DNA from: Actinomycetota bacterium
GTDB lineage: Bacteria > Actinomycetota > UBA4738 > HRBIN12
DNA: 64,000 nucleotides
Assembly: GCA_026003015.1 (NCBI GenBank)
Contig: BPGL01000001.1
Span: 1,006,717 to 1,070,716 of the forward strand
Reading direction: 5' to 3'
Shown here in pieces: positions 40,219 to 50,033 of this stretch. A program made the position numbers and the translations under genes. Below the pieces are notes generated by a model. It was given only the letters and a program-made list of their open reading frames with translations, ran no database searches and had not been told where the DNA came from. Within the stretch, counting starts at the first letter, position 1. The number at the start of each line of letters is the position of its first letter.

Positions 40219-40595
40219 GGAGCCTTGCGGGCCTTCTTCAGGCCGTACTTGCGCCGCTCCTTCTCGCGGGGGTCCCGGGTGAGCAGCCCTTCGCTCTTGA
40301 GCATCGGCCGCAGCTCCGGGTCGACCTCGACGAGAGCGCGCGCGAGCCCGAGGCGTACCGCGCCGGCCTGGCCGGCCACGCCGCCGCCGCGGATCGACGC
40401 GATCACGTCGTAGTCGCGCTCGCGACCCACGACCCGCAGGGGCGCCGAGGCGACCATCCGGTGCACCCGGGTCGGGAAGTACTCCTCCAGAGAGCGACCG
40501 TTGACGATGAAGCTGCCGCCGCCGGGAACGATCCGGACGCGCGCGACGGCCTCCTTGCGGCGTCCCGTCGTGAGCTTGCTCGCCGGCGCGCTCAT
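40200..40595 (-). CDS. rpsI: 30S ribosomal protein S9
   Basis: [33 protein letters not shown]. Confidence 0.98.
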   Translation of the reverse strand: MSAPASKLTTGRRKEAVARVRIVPGGGSFIVNGRSLEEYFPTRVHRMVASAPLRVVGRERDYDVIASIRGGGVAGQAGAVRLGLARALVEVDPELRPMLKSEGLLTRDPREKERRKYGLKKARKAPQYSKR

Positions 40596-40599
40596 CCGA

Positions 40600-41088
40600 T
40601 CATGCCTCGGTCGTCGGGCGCACCGCACGGCCGGGGAGCCCCTCCCAGGTTGGCCGCTCGCCCGGACCGAGGGGCACCGGCCGCTGCGCCGTGTGCGGGT
40701 GATCAGGGCCGGCGACCACGTGGAGCTTGCGGAACATCGCGCGGCCCAGGCGGTTCTTCGGCAGCATCCCCCGGACGGCCTTCTCCACGGCCGCGACCGG
40801 GCGCTCGGCCAGCAGCCGGTCGTAGCGGACGGCCTTGAGGCCCCCGGGGTAGCCCGAGTGCCGGTAGGCCACCTTCTGCTGCGGCTTGCGCCCGGTGAGC
40901 TCGACCTTGTCGGCGTTGATGATCACGACGTGGTCGCCGGTGTCCATGTGGGGGGCGAAGATCGGCTTGTGCTTGCCCCGCAGCAGCATCGCGGCCTGCG
41001 ACGCGAGCCGTCCCAGCACCTGGCCGCTGGCGTCCAGCACGTACCAGCGACGCTCGATCTCAGCAGGCTTCGGCGAGTAGGTCTTCAT
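40600..41088 (-). CDS. rplM: 50S ribosomal protein L13
   Basis: [31 protein letters not shown]. Confidence 0.98.
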   Translation of the reverse strand: MKTYSPKPAEIERRWYVLDASGQVLGRLASQAAMLLRGKHKPIFAPHMDTGDHVVIINADKVELTGRKPQQKVAYRHSGYPGGLKAVRYDRLLAERPVAAVEKAVRGMLPKNRLGRAMFRKLHVVAGPDHPHTAQRPVPLGPGERPTWEGLPGRAVRPTTEA

Positions 41089-41128
41089 CCGGAAGGGGTG
41101 CCGACCCGGTCGGGCGGGCCGGCGACCG

Positions 41129-41158
41129 ATGCTACCTGCGGGAACGCCGCTCCGTCAA
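41129..41158 (-). promoter_or_regulatory. Promoter of rplM-rpsI
   Basis: TTGACG-18 nt-TAGCAT. Confidence 0.7.
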
Positions 41159-41205
41159 AGGCTCCGGCGGCGGCCGGTCGGTCGGTTCCGCGCAGGCGGG
41201 CCGGG

Positions 41206-41964
41206 TCAGGGCCCGTCGGGCTTGCGCGCGCGAACGATGGCGGCGTACATCCCGTCGGCGACCTCGTGCGTCGGCTCGATCGAGACCTCGACGAAGCCCG
41301 CCGCCTCGAGCCCGGCCCGGTACTCGCCGAAGCTCAGAGCGCCCGCGATGCACCCCACCCGGGAGCCGCGCCGCGCCCGCTCCCCCTCGTCGAGCGCGTC
41401 GTCGGCAACGACGTCGGAGACCCCGACGCGGCCGCCCGGGCGGAGCACCCGGGCCATCTCTCGGAAGACGGCGCCCTTGTCGGCCGACAGGTTGATCACG
41501 CAGTTCGAGATCACCACGTCGACCGCGGCGTCGGGCAGCGGGACGTCCTCGATGTAGCCGCGGAGGAACTCGACGTTCGTCGCTCCCGCCGTCTCGGCGT
41601 TGGCCCGAGCCAGCTCGAGCATCTCCTCGGTCATATCGAGGCCGTAGACCCGCCCCGACGGCGCCACCCGCCGGGCCGAGAGCAGCGCGTCGATCCCCCC
41701 GCCGGAGCCGAGGTCCAGCACCACCTCGCCCTCGCGCAGCTCGGCGACGGCCTCGGGGGTGCCGCAGCCGAGGCTCGCGAGGACGGCGGCGTCGGGCAAC
41801 GCGTCGAGCGACTCGGGCTCGTAGAGAGCCGAGCCGAACGCGCGGTCGTCGGCCTCGCCGCACAGGCACGACGACGGTCCGCAGCAGGCATCGGTTCCGC
41901 TCGCGGCGGCCCGGGCGGCCGCCGCGTAGCGCTCTCGGACCTCCTCACGAAGCTCCCGACCCAT
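41206..41964 (-). CDS. arsM: Arsenite S-adenosylmethionine methyltransferase
   Basis: VRERY, ACCG, SLGCGTP, VLDLGSGGGID, GLDMT.EML, ISNCVINL, GCIAGAL; downstream of arsR. Confidence 0.9.
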   Translation of the reverse strand: MGRELREEVRERYAAAARAAASGTDACCGPSSCLCGEADDRAFGSALYEPESLDALPDAAVLASLGCGTPEAVAELREGEVVLDLGSGGGIDALLSARRVAPSGRVYGLDMTEEMLELARANAETAGATNVEFLRGYIEDVPLPDAAVDVVISNCVINLSADKGAVFREMARVLRPGGRVGVSDVVADDALDEGERARRGSRVGCIAGALSFGEYRAGLEAAGFVEVSIEPTHEVADGMYAAIVRARKPDGP

Positions 41965-42358
41965 CGGATCCTCCTTCCTCCAGGCGCAGCACGTCGGCCT
42001 CCAGGCGCAGCACGTCGGCGAGGCGGCCGACCACCGCCGGGTCCAGGGAGTAGTAGGCCCACCTGCCCCGCCGCTCCCGCCGCAGCAGGCCCGCGTCGAC
42101 GAGCTTCTTCATGTGGAAGCTCACGGTCGGCTGGGTGAGGCCGAGCGGCTCCACGAGGTCGCACACGCACACCGGCCGGCCGGAGGTGGCGAGCCGGTTG
42201 ACGATGCGCACCCGTGCGGGATCGGCCAGGGCCTTGAACAGCTCGGCCGTGGCCGCCGCCTCGCGCTCGGACAGTCCGTCGGTGGCCAGCGGCGCACAGC
42301 ACTGCGCCGGGGGCCCGTCGGGTCCCGGAGGTGCGGCGATCGGGGTCGGCGAACTCAT
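41945..42358 (-). CDS. arsR: ArsR/SmtB family repressor
   Basis: CCAP, FKALADPAR, VCVCDL, LTQPTVSFHMKKL; C-terminal 21-bp tandem duplication (ADVLRLE x2); alternative ATG at 42370. Confidence 0.92.
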   Translation of the reverse strand: MSSPTPIAAPPGPDGPPAQCCAPLATDGLSEREAAATAELFKALADPARVRIVNRLATSGRPVCVCDLVEPLGLTQPTVSFHMKKLVDAGLLRRERRGRWAYYSLDPAVVGRLADVLRLEADVLRLEEGGSDGSGAS

Positions 42359-42380
42359 ATCGATATCCATCGATATGTTA
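42356..42380. promoter_or_regulatory. Probable ArsR operator overlapping the -10 box
   Basis: Perfect inverted repeat CATATCGAT-N4-ATCGATATG (42356-42377) overlapping minus-strand TGA-TAACAT (-10 at 42375-42380). Confidence 0.8.
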
Positions 42381-42436
42381 TCACGCCTCGTCCCGCCTCG
42401 GTCGGTCAGGCGGCCGTCGGGGCGACCGTCGCGGCT

Positions 42437-43198
42437 CTACCGGCCACCTCGGCCGTAGACGACCCGCTCGAGGCAGAGCCCGTGCGGCGGTGCCACGGGT
42501 CCAGCCGCCGCCCGATCGCACGCTCCGAGGATCGCGTCGATCGCCTCGGGCTCCAGCCGCCCCTCGCCCACGGCGAGGAGCGTCCCGACGAGGGAGCGCA
42601 CCATCTGGTGGCAGAACGCGTTCGCGCGAGCTCCCACGACCACGAGCGACCCCTGGCGCACGACCGCGAGCCGGTCGAGGCGACGCACGCTCGAGCCCTG
42701 CGAGCGCCGACAGAACGAGGCGAAGTCCCGTTCCCCCACGAGCCGGGCCGCCGCGCGGCGCATCCGGCCAATGGAGGGACGTCCGGGGCGGTGCCAGACG
42801 TAGCGGGCCGTGAACGGGTCGGGGAGCTCGGCCGTGTCGATCCGGTAGCGGTACTCCCTGGCGGTGGCGGAGCGCCGGGCGTCGAAGCCCTCGGGAGCCC
42901 ATCGCGCCCGCGTGACCACGACCTCGGGCGCGAGGGCGCCGTTCAGCGCGGCCTGGAGCCGCGCGGGGTCCACCCGCGCGGCGGTCCGGAACGACACGAC
43001 CTGGCCGCGCGCGTGGACCCCGGCATCGGTCCTGCCGGCGACCGACAGGCGCGGCTCCTCCCGCAGGACCGGGGCCAGCCGGCGCACCAGCTCCCCCTCG
43101 ACCGTCCGGACGGCCGGGTCGCGCTGCCGCGCCCAGCCTCGGAACCCCGTCCCGTCGTAGGCGAGGTCGAGGCGAACCGTCCGTCGGGCGCTCGCCGC
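42437..43198 (-). CDS. truA: tRNA pseudouridine(38-40) synthase; no canonical start codon visible
   Basis: RLDLAYDGTGFRGWARQ, RTVEG, AGRTDAGVHARGQV, FCHQMVR, APPHGLCL. Confidence 0.95.
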   Translation of the reverse strand, partial: AASARRTVRLDLAYDGTGFRGWARQRDPAVRTVEGELVRRLAPVLREEPRLSVAGRTDAGVHARGQVVSFRTAARVDPARLQAALNGALAPEVVVTRARWAPEGFDARRSATAREYRYRIDTAELPDPFTARYVWHRPGRPSIGRMRRAAARLVGERDFASFCRRSQGSSVRRLDRLAVVRQGSLVVVGARANAFCHQMVRSLVGTLLAVGEGRLEPEAIDAILGACDRAAAGPVAPPHGLCLERVVYGRGGR

Positions 43199-43199
43199 C

Positions 43200-43562
43200 T
43201 CAGCCCTCCCGCTCGACGAGCTCGATCCTCGCCATCGGCGCGCCGTCGCCCTTGCGGGGACCGAGCTTCAGGATCCGCGTGTAGCCACCGGGCCGCTCGC
43301 CGAACCTCGGCGCGATCTCGTGGAACAACCGAGCCACGACGTCGCGGTCGGGCACGTCCTTCAGCACGTCGCGACGGGCCGCCAGGTCGCCGCGCTTGGC
43401 CTTCGTGATGAGGCGTTCCGCGTACGGGCGCAGGGCCTTCGCCTTCGCCTCGGTCGTCGTGATCGCCTCGTGGGTGAACAGCTGGGCCGCGAGCGTCGAG
43501 AGCATCAGCCGCTGGTGCGCCGGGCCGGACCCGAGCCGAGGCCCCTTCTTCGGCTTCGGCAT
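43200..43562 (-). CDS. rplQ: 50S ribosomal protein L17
   Basis: [28 protein letters not shown]. Confidence 0.98.
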   Translation of the reverse strand: MPKPKKGPRLGSGPAHQRLMLSTLAAQLFTHEAITTTEAKAKALRPYAERLITKAKRGDLAARRDVLKDVPDRDVVARLFHEIAPRFGERPGGYTRILKLGPRKGDGAPMARIELVEREG

Positions 43563-44491
43563 CACTCCTCCCGAAGGCCGAGGCCGAGCTCCTCGAGCTT
43601 GGCCTTCACCTCGTCGATCGACTTCTGACCGAAGTTGCGGATGTCCATCAGCTCGGACTCGGAGCGCTGGACCAGATCGCCGACCGTGTTGATGCCCTCG
43701 CGCTTGAGGCAGTTGTAGGAGCGCACCGACAGGTTGAGCTCCTCGATCGTGATCTGGTAGTCGCTCGGGAGCTCGTCCTCGGCCGCCGGACCGACCGAGA
43801 CGCTCGCCGCTTCGGCGAGCTCGGCGAACAGGTTGACCAGCTCCAGGAGCGTTCCGCCGGCGCTGGCGACCGCCTCGCGGGGCGAGACCGAGCCGTCGGT
43901 CTCGACGTCGAGGATCAGCCGGTCGCGGTCGGTCATCTGCTCCACCCGGGTGTTCTCCACGCTGTAGGAGACCTTGCGCACGGGCGAGAAGATCGAGTCG
44001 ACGGGGATCACGCCGATCGGATCGCGCGGCTTCTTGTTCCGCTCGGCCATGCGGTACCCGACGCCCCGCTCGACGGTCATCTCCATCTCGAGGGTCGCTC
44101 CCTTGCCGAGCGTGGCGATGTGGAGATCGGGGTTCAGGATCTCGATCCCCGCGGGAGGCGCGATGTCGCCCGCGGTCACCTCCGACGGGCCCTTGGCCTT
44201 CAGGTAGATCGTCGTCGGCTCCTCCAGCTCGGATCGAACGACGAGCTCCTTCAGGTTCAGGATGATGTCGGTGACGTCCTCACGGACCTTCGGGATCGTC
44301 GAGAACTCGTGCAGGACCCCGTCGATCCGCACCGACGAGATGGCCGCGCCGGGGATCGACGACAGGAGCGTTCGCCGCAGCGAGTTGCCGATCGTGTAGC
44401 CGAAACCCGGCTCCAGCGGCTCGATCACGAACCGCGATCGGGTCGGCGAGATCTGGTCCTCGGTGATCTGCGGTCTGGCGACGATGAACAC
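43562..44491 (-). CDS. rpoA: RNA polymerase subunit alpha
   Basis: [48 protein letters not shown] before GTG 44491. Confidence 0.98.
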   Translation of the reverse strand: MFIVARPQITEDQISPTRSRFVIEPLEPGFGYTIGNSLRRTLLSSIPGAAISSVRIDGVLHEFSTIPKVREDVTDIILNLKELVVRSELEEPTTIYLKAKGPSEVTAGDIAPPAGIEILNPDLHIATLGKGATLEMEMTVERGVGYRMAERNKKPRDPIGVIPVDSIFSPVRKVSYSVENTRVEQMTDRDRLILDVETDGSVSPREAVASAGGTLLELVNLFAELAEAASVSVGPAAEDELPSDYQITIEELNLSVRSYNCLKREGINTVGDLVQRSESELMDIRNFGQKSIDEVKAKLEELGLGLREE

Positions 44492-44608
44492 GTTCGTTCC
44501 CTCCTCGTGGCGGGGGATCATCCACTCCTACCCCGCCGCTCGGGCGTCCCGACGCCGATCCGGCGCCGGGGGGCCACGGGCGCCCGCCCGCGGCCGACGC
44601 CGACGCCC

Positions 44609-45001
44609 CTACACGCGCCGGCGCTTGCGCGGCCGACACCCGTTGTGGGGCACCGGCGTGACGTCCTGGATCGCGGCGATCTCGAGGCCGGCGGCCGCGA
44701 GGGAGCGGATCGCGGTCTCGCGGCCCGAGCCGGGACCCTTGACGTACACATCGACCTTCTGCAGCCCGTGCTCCTGGGCCTGACGCGCCGCCTTCTCCGC
44801 GGCGAGCTGCGCGGCGAAGGGGGTCGACTTCCGCGACCCCTTGAAGCCGACGTTGCCGGCGCTCGCCCACGAGATCGTGTTGCCCTGCAGGTCGGTGATC
44901 GTGACGATCGTGTTGTTGAAGGTCGACTTGATGTGCGCCTGACCGTGCAGGACGTTCTTCTTCTCGCGGCGCTTCGTCTTCTTCGCCTTCGGCTTGGCCA
45001 T
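44609..45001 (-). CDS. rpsK: 30S ribosomal protein S11
   Basis: [32 protein letters not shown]. Confidence 0.98.
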   Translation of the reverse strand: MAKPKAKKTKRREKKNVLHGQAHIKSTFNNTIVTITDLQGNTISWASAGNVGFKGSRKSTPFAAQLAAEKAARQAQEHGLQKVDVYVKGPGSGRETAIRSLAAAGLEIAAIQDVTPVPHNGCRPRKRRRV

Positions 45002-45018
45002 GGCTCACGGGCTCCCGT

Positions 45019-45399
45019 TCACTTCTTGCGGGCCTTCTTCTTCCCGGCGATCGTCTTCTTCGGTCCCTTGCGGGTCCTCGCGTTCGTGTGGGTCCGTTGG
45101 CCGCGAACCGGCAACGACCGCCGGTGGCGGATGCCCTGGTAGCACCCGATCTCGATCTTGCGCTTGATGTCCTGGGCGACCTCCCGGCGCAGGTCCCCCT
45201 CGACCTTGTAGTTGCCGTCGATGAACGCGCGGATCTTCAGGACCTCGTCCTCGGAGAGGTCGCGGACCTTCGTCGCGCCGTCCACGCCCGTGGCCGCGAC
45301 GACCTCGAGCGCCCGGGTCGGGCCGATCCCGTAGATGTAGCGCAGCGCGATGTCCACGCGCTTGTCGCGCGGAAGATCGACGCCGGCGATCCGTGCCAT
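45019..45399 (-). CDS. rpsM: 30S ribosomal protein S13
   Basis: [33 protein letters not shown]. Confidence 0.98.
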   Translation of the reverse strand: MARIAGVDLPRDKRVDIALRYIYGIGPTRALEVVAATGVDGATKVRDLSEDEVLKIRAFIDGNYKVEGDLRREVAQDIKRKIEIGCYQGIRHRRSLPVRGQRTHTNARTRKGPKKTIAGKKKARKK

Positions 45400-45415
45400 G
45401 AAGACGAGCCTCCCC

Positions 45416-45529
45416 TCAGCCCTGCCGCTGCTTGTGCCGCGGATTGGAGCAGATCACGAGGATCCGGCCGCGACGGCGGATCACGCGACAGCGGTCGCAG
45501 ATCTTCTTCACGCTCGGCCGAACCTTCAT
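45416..45529 (-). CDS. rpmJ: 50S ribosomal protein L36 (zinc-ribbon type)
   Basis: Hand translation [37 protein letters not shown]; not in the ORF track. Confidence 0.97.
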   Translation of the reverse strand: MKVRPSVKKICDRCRVIRRRGRILVICSNPRHKQRQG

Positions 45530-45539
45530 CGACGCTCCC

Positions 45540-45758
45540 TCACTTGTACCGATACACGACCCGTCCCCGGGTCAGGTCGTAGGGCGAGAGCTCCACCCGG
45601 ACGCGGTCCCCGGGCAGGATCCGGATGTAGTGCATCCGCATCTTGCCGGAGATGTGGGCGAGGACCCGATGGCCGTTGTCCAGCTCGACGCGGAACATCG
45701 CGTTCGGCAGGGGCTCGACCACCGTCCCCTCCACCTCGATCACGTCTTCCTTGGCCAC
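45540..45758 (-). CDS. infA: Translation initiation factor IF-1
   Basis: [34 protein letters not shown]. Confidence 0.98.
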   Translation of the reverse strand: MAKEDVIEVEGTVVEPLPNAMFRVELDNGHRVLAHISGKMRMHYIRILPGDRVRVELSPYDLTRGRVVYRYK

Positions 45759-45843
45759 GCTCCGGAATGACCTCACCTGACGACCGTCCGACGCCCGCCG
45801 CCCCGGGGCATGCGCCGACCCCCGGACGGATGGGCAACGCATC

Positions 45844-45873
45844 AGTATAGGCCCAGCTCAACGCGGTCGTCAC
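45844..45873 (-). promoter_or_regulatory. Candidate promoter for infA-rpmJ-alpha operon
   Basis: GTGACG-18 nt-TATACT. Confidence 0.6.
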
Positions 45874-45916
45874 CGTCGTCGATCGATCCGCCGTCGCCTC
45901 CGGTGCGAGGTGGCCG

Positions 45917-47194
45917 TCAGCTCCGGCTCGGGGACGACGGACTCCGGGGACGCCGGGGCGCGCGGCCCTGGCTGAGCCACCAGCTTTCGTATCGCATCTG
46001 CTTCGCCGTCCCCGAATCGTAGAGGCGACGCTCCATCCGCGAGGCCCAGCGCTCCATGTCCTCGGCCTGCTGCCGGAGGTCCTCGGCCCGCTCGGAGCCG
46101 GAGGCGAGCCGCCTGAGCTCCTCGGCGCTGGAGGACAGCAGACGTCGGGCCGCGTCGAGGTCGCCGGCCTCAGCCCGTTCCCGGGCCTCCTCCTGGGCCC
46201 GAGCCGCACGCAGGACGACCACCTCCTCGGTGACCTCGGCGTCGGCCTCGGCCCGGGCGGCCTCGTCGGCGCTCACCAGGTTCACCACGAGGGGCAGCGT
46301 GAGCTCGTGCTGCGCGATCCGCTCCCCCACCGCGACGTAGCGCACGACGACATCGGCCACCCTCGCCACGCCGAGCCGCGCTAGGCCGGGCACGTGGAGC
46401 GCGAACACCACCCGCCGGCGCTCCTCCCCGTGGGCGTCCCCCAGCTGGAGCTGGACCCCGCCCTCGACCGCCACCACCGGGAAGTCGTTCAGGACGCCCA
46501 GGAATCGCACCTGCTCGCGGGGCCGGATCTCCACAGAGACGTTCTGGGCCACGAGCTGGACGAGGTCCTCGGACTCCTGCGCGAAGATCCCCGGCGCGTC
46601 CTCCGGGGTCTCCGCGAAGTGGGCGTTCCCGCCCCCCGCCTGGGCCATCCGCGTGAGGAGGACCTCGTCGAAGTCCAGCCCGAACCCGATCGTCGTCGTC
46701 CCGATCCCGTCGTCCCCCGCCTGGCGGGCCAGGGCCACGAGGGCCTCGGGGTCGGTGATCCCCACGTTGGCCAGCCCGTCGGTGAGGAGCAGCACCTTCC
46801 GGGGACCCTTCCTCGCGGGGAGACCCCGCAGCACCTCCGCGCCCTTCAGCCACCCGCCGGAGAGGTTCGTCGACCTGCCCGGGGCGATCGCGGCGAGCGC
46901 CGCCTCCAAACGGATGGGGTCGACGGGGGCGAGCGGCACCCGGAGCTCCACGTCGTCGTCGTAGGTCACGAGGGCGAACCGGTCCACCGGGCGGAGGCGG
47001 CGGACCAGGTAGCGGGCGCAGGCCCGTGCCACCCGGAGCTTGTCCCCGGCCATCGACCCCGAGCGGTCGAGCACGAGGGCGAGGTGGAGCGACGGCCGCC
47101 GGGTGGTCCCGGGGGCCGGAGGCGCCTCCAGCTCCAGCATGCAGTGCAGGTCGTGCTCCCGCTCGACCGCCAGGAGCTCGTGCTCGAGCCGCAC
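45917..47194 (-). CDS. von Willebrand factor A domain protein
   Basis: MIDAS LVLDRSGSM, STNLSGG, LLLTDGLANVG, TIGFG; helical C-terminus. Confidence 0.9.
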   Translation of the reverse strand: MRLEHELLAVEREHDLHCMLELEAPPAPGTTRRPSLHLALVLDRSGSMAGDKLRVARACARYLVRRLRPVDRFALVTYDDDVELRVPLAPVDPIRLEAALAAIAPGRSTNLSGGWLKGAEVLRGLPARKGPRKVLLLTDGLANVGITDPEALVALARQAGDDGIGTTTIGFGLDFDEVLLTRMAQAGGGNAHFAETPEDAPGIFAQESEDLVQLVAQNVSVEIRPREQVRFLGVLNDFPVVAVEGGVQLQLGDAHGEERRRVVFALHVPGLARLGVARVADVVVRYVAVGERIAQHELTLPLVVNLVSADEAARAEADAEVTEEVVVLRAARAQEEARERAEAGDLDAARRLLSSSAEELRRLASGSERAEDLRQQAEDMERWASRMERRLYDSGTAKQMRYESWWLSQGRAPRRPRSPSSPSRS

Positions 47195-47218
47195 GTTCGC
47201 CGGATCTCCCGCCTTCCT

Positions 47219-47284
47219 CTCTGTGACGGTCGGTGACCTCTGTGACGGTCCGTGACCGGCGTCACGGTACCAAGGGGGGGTGAC
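47219..47284. repeat. 19-bp tandem repeat / phased GTGAC array upstream of the vWA gene
   Basis: CTCTGTGACGGTC(G/C)GTGAC at 47219-47237 and 47238-47256; inverted GTCAC at 47261; further GTGAC at 47280. Confidence 0.8.
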
Positions 47285-47300
47285 ACGGATGGCAGCGAGG

Positions 47301-48062
47301 CTACCGATCCCGGGCCGTCAGGACCTCGTGGCCGGTCTCGGTGACCGCCACGGTGTGCTCGAAGTGGGCCGATAGCGAGCCGTCGGCGGTCACGACGGTC
47401 CATCCGTCAGGCAACAGCCGCGTCGCGTCCCCACCGAGGTTCAGCATCGGCTCGAGGGCCAGGACCAGGCCGGGCTTGAGCTCGGGACCCCGGCCCGGAT
47501 CCCCCCAGTTCTGCACGAACGGGTCCTCGTGGAGGGCCCGGCCGATCCCGTGCCCCCCGTACTCCCGGACGAGCCCGAGCCCCTCCCGCTCGGCGACCTC
47601 CTCGATCGCGTGCCCGATGTCGGACAGGCGCCCGCCGGGGCGGACCCGTTCGATCGCCGCGTCCAGGGCGGCCTCGGTCGTCTTGAGGAGCCGCTCGGCC
47701 TCCGGGGAGGGCGCGATCCCGCCGACGACGACGGTGACCGCCGAGTCGGCGTGGAACCCCTCCCAGACCGCGCCGACGTCCAGGGACAGGAGCTGCCCCT
47801 CGGTCAGGCGGCGGGTCCGCGAGGGGATCCCGTGGACGATCTCGTGGTCGATCGAGGTGCAGATCGTCGCGGGGAACCCACGGTAGCCCTTGAACGAGGG
47901 ACGCGCGCCCACGGCCTCGATCGTCTGGGCGGCCAGACGGTCCAGATCGAACGTCGTCCGCCCGGGCGCGACGGCCTCCAGCAGTCGCGAGATCGTGTCG
48001 GCGACCACGCGCCCGGCCCGGCGCATCCGGTCGAGCTCCTCGGGGGACTTGCGGACGATCAC
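47301..48062 (-). CDS. map: Methionine aminopeptidase type I
   Basis: FKGYRGFP, IVHGIP, DVG...GFHADSA, GHGIG..LHEDP, ALEPM, SAHFEHT. Confidence 0.97.
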   Translation of the reverse strand: MIVRKSPEELDRMRRAGRVVADTISRLLEAVAPGRTTFDLDRLAAQTIEAVGARPSFKGYRGFPATICTSIDHEIVHGIPSRTRRLTEGQLLSLDVGAVWEGFHADSAVTVVVGGIAPSPEAERLLKTTEAALDAAIERVRPGGRLSDIGHAIEEVAEREGLGLVREYGGHGIGRALHEDPFVQNWGDPGRGPELKPGLVLALEPMLNLGGDATRLLPDGWTVVTADGSLSAHFEHTVAVTETGHEVLTARDR

Positions 48063-48721
48063 GCGCGCCGCTCCAAAAGCTCCTCCAGCGCGGCCTCCGC
48101 GCGCCCGGCGACCTCGTCCTTCGGGGCCTCGGCATCGATCTCGAGCAGGAGCCCGCGCTCCCGGTAGAACTGCTCGAGCGGCGCGGTCTGCTCCCGGTAG
48201 ACGGCCAACCGCCGCTTGGCGGTGAGATCGTCGTCGTCGCTGCGCCGGACCAGCTCCGTCCCGTCGAGGTCGCAGACGAGGTCGACCGCGGGCGGGCTGA
48301 ACTCGCGGTGGTAGGTCCGCTTGCACGTCGGACACGTGTAGCGGCCGGTCAGTCGAGCGATCGCCGTCACGTCCGCGACCGCGAAGCACAGGACCGCGTC
48401 GAGGGGACGCCCTCGGGCGGCGAGGGCCCGTTCGAGGGCCTCAGCCTGGGGAACCGTGCGTGGGAACCCGTCGAGGACGAAGCCCTTCTCGGCATCGGGC
48501 TCCTCCAGACGATCCATGACCATCTCCACCACGACCTCGTCGGGCACGTACTCCCCCCGGTCCATGAAAGCGCGCGCCCGGATCCCGAGCGGCGTCCCCT
48601 CCTGGACGTGCTCGCGCAAGATGTCGCCGGTGGAGATCTGCGGGATGCCGAAGCGCTCGCACAGCACCTGCGCCTGGGTTCCCTTCCCCGCCCCCGGCGG
48701 GCCCAGCAGCACGAGGCGCAT
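48059..48721 (-). CDS. adk: Adenylate kinase (Cys-containing LID)
   Basis: GPPGAGKGTQA, ISTGDILR, LDGFPRT, CPTC...CDLD. Confidence 0.98.
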   Translation of the reverse strand: MRLVLLGPPGAGKGTQAQVLCERFGIPQISTGDILREHVQEGTPLGIRARAFMDRGEYVPDEVVVEMVMDRLEEPDAEKGFVLDGFPRTVPQAEALERALAARGRPLDAVLCFAVADVTAIARLTGRYTCPTCKRTYHREFSPPAVDLVCDLDGTELVRRSDDDDLTAKRRLAVYREQTAPLEQFYRERGLLLEIDAEAPKDEVAGRAEAALEELLERRA

Positions 48722-48742
48722 CGGGATCGCCCTCCCGGACCG

Positions 48743-50020
48743 CTAGCGGAGGAAGCCCTCGTAGTGCCGCATCATGAGCTGCGACTCGATCTGCTTCATC
48801 GTCTCGAGGGCGACCCCGACCGTGATCAGGATCGTGGTGCCGCCGAAGGGGAACGACGCGACGGGCAGCCAGTAGGCGATCACGACCGACGGGATCAGCG
48901 CGATCGCCGCCAGGAACAGCGAGCCGGGCAGCGTGATCCGCACGAGCACGCTGTTCAGGTGCTCGGCGGTCGGCGGCCCCGGCCGGATCCCCGGGATGAA
49001 CCCCCCCTGCTTGCGCAGGTTGTCGGCCTGGCGGTACGGGTCGAACTGGATCGCCGTGTAGAAGTAGGCGAAGAAGACGATCAGCAGCGCCAGGATCGCC
49101 ATATACACGATGCTCCGGTGGTTCTGGATGTAGCTGTTCACGAAGTTCCGGAACCACTCCGCCGAGATCACGCTGGCGAGCAGGACGGGGAAGTACAGCA
49201 CCGAGGTCGCGAAGATGATCGGGATGACGCCCGCCTGGTTCACCTTCAGCGGCAGGTAGGTGCTGCCCCCGGTCGTCATCTTGCGCCCCACAACCCGGCG
49301 CGCGTACTGGATCGGGATCCGCCGCTGCCCCTGATCGATGAACACCACGGCGACGATGATCGCGATCCCGAGCAGGAGCATCGCGACGAACTTCCCGGCT
49401 CCGCCGACGGACAGGATGGCCCCTCCCTCCGACGGCAGGGTCGAGATCACGCTCGTGAAGATCAGGATCGACATCCCGTTGCCGACCCCGCGCTGGGTGA
49501 TGAGCTCGCCGAGCCACATGATCAGGGCCGTTCCGGCGGTCATCGTCAGGACGATCAGCGCGACGTTGCCGGGCGTGAACGTTCCTGCGGGGAACACGTC
49601 GGGGAACTCCTGACCGGAGTGGAACAGGAACACGAGGCCGGTGGACTGCAACAGGGCCAGCACGACCGTCATGATCCGCGTCCACTGGTTGATCTTCTTG
49701 ACGCCCGGCTCACCCTGTTCCTGGTACTGCTGCAGCTTGGGGATCACGACCGTGAGCAGCTGCATGATGATCGAGCTCGTGATGTAGGGCATGATCCCGA
49801 GCGAGAACACCGCGAACCGGGTGAGCCCTCCCCCCGAGAAGATGTTGATGAAGCTCAGGAACCCCTGATCGCCCTCGAGCTGGCGCCGGATGAGCGTCGT
49901 GTCGACGACCGGGACGGGCACCCACGAGCCGAACCGGTACACGGCGATGATGAACAGCGTGAACAGGATCTTGGCCCGGAGGTCCGGGACCTTGAACGCG
50001 TTCAGGAAGGCCCTGAGCAC
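48743..50020 (-). CDS. secY: Preprotein translocase subunit SecY
   Basis: FSLGIMPYITSSII, GVGNGMS, NQAGVIPIIFA, FIPGIRPG, FGGT. Confidence 0.98.
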   Translation of the reverse strand: MLRAFLNAFKVPDLRAKILFTLFIIAVYRFGSWVPVPVVDTTLIRRQLEGDQGFLSFINIFSGGGLTRFAVFSLGIMPYITSSIIMQLLTVVIPKLQQYQEQGEPGVKKINQWTRIMTVVLALLQSTGLVFLFHSGQEFPDVFPAGTFTPGNVALIVLTMTAGTALIMWLGELITQRGVGNGMSILIFTSVISTLPSEGGAILSVGGAGKFVAMLLLGIAIIVAVVFIDQGQRRIPIQYARRVVGRKMTTGGSTYLPLKVNQAGVIPIIFATSVLYFPVLLASVISAEWFRNFVNSYIQNHRSIVYMAILALLIVFFAYFYTAIQFDPYRQADNLRKQGGFIPGIRPGPPTAEHLNSVLVRITLPGSLFLAAIALIPSVVIAYWLPVASFPFGGTTILITVGVALETMKQIESQLMMRHYEGFLR

Positions 50021-50033
50021 CGTGCCCCCGAGC

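Noticed and set aside
41977..42018. 21-bp tandem duplication at the arsR 3' end as a functional element
   Set aside because: In-frame slippage duplication in a non-conserved tail; no evidence of function
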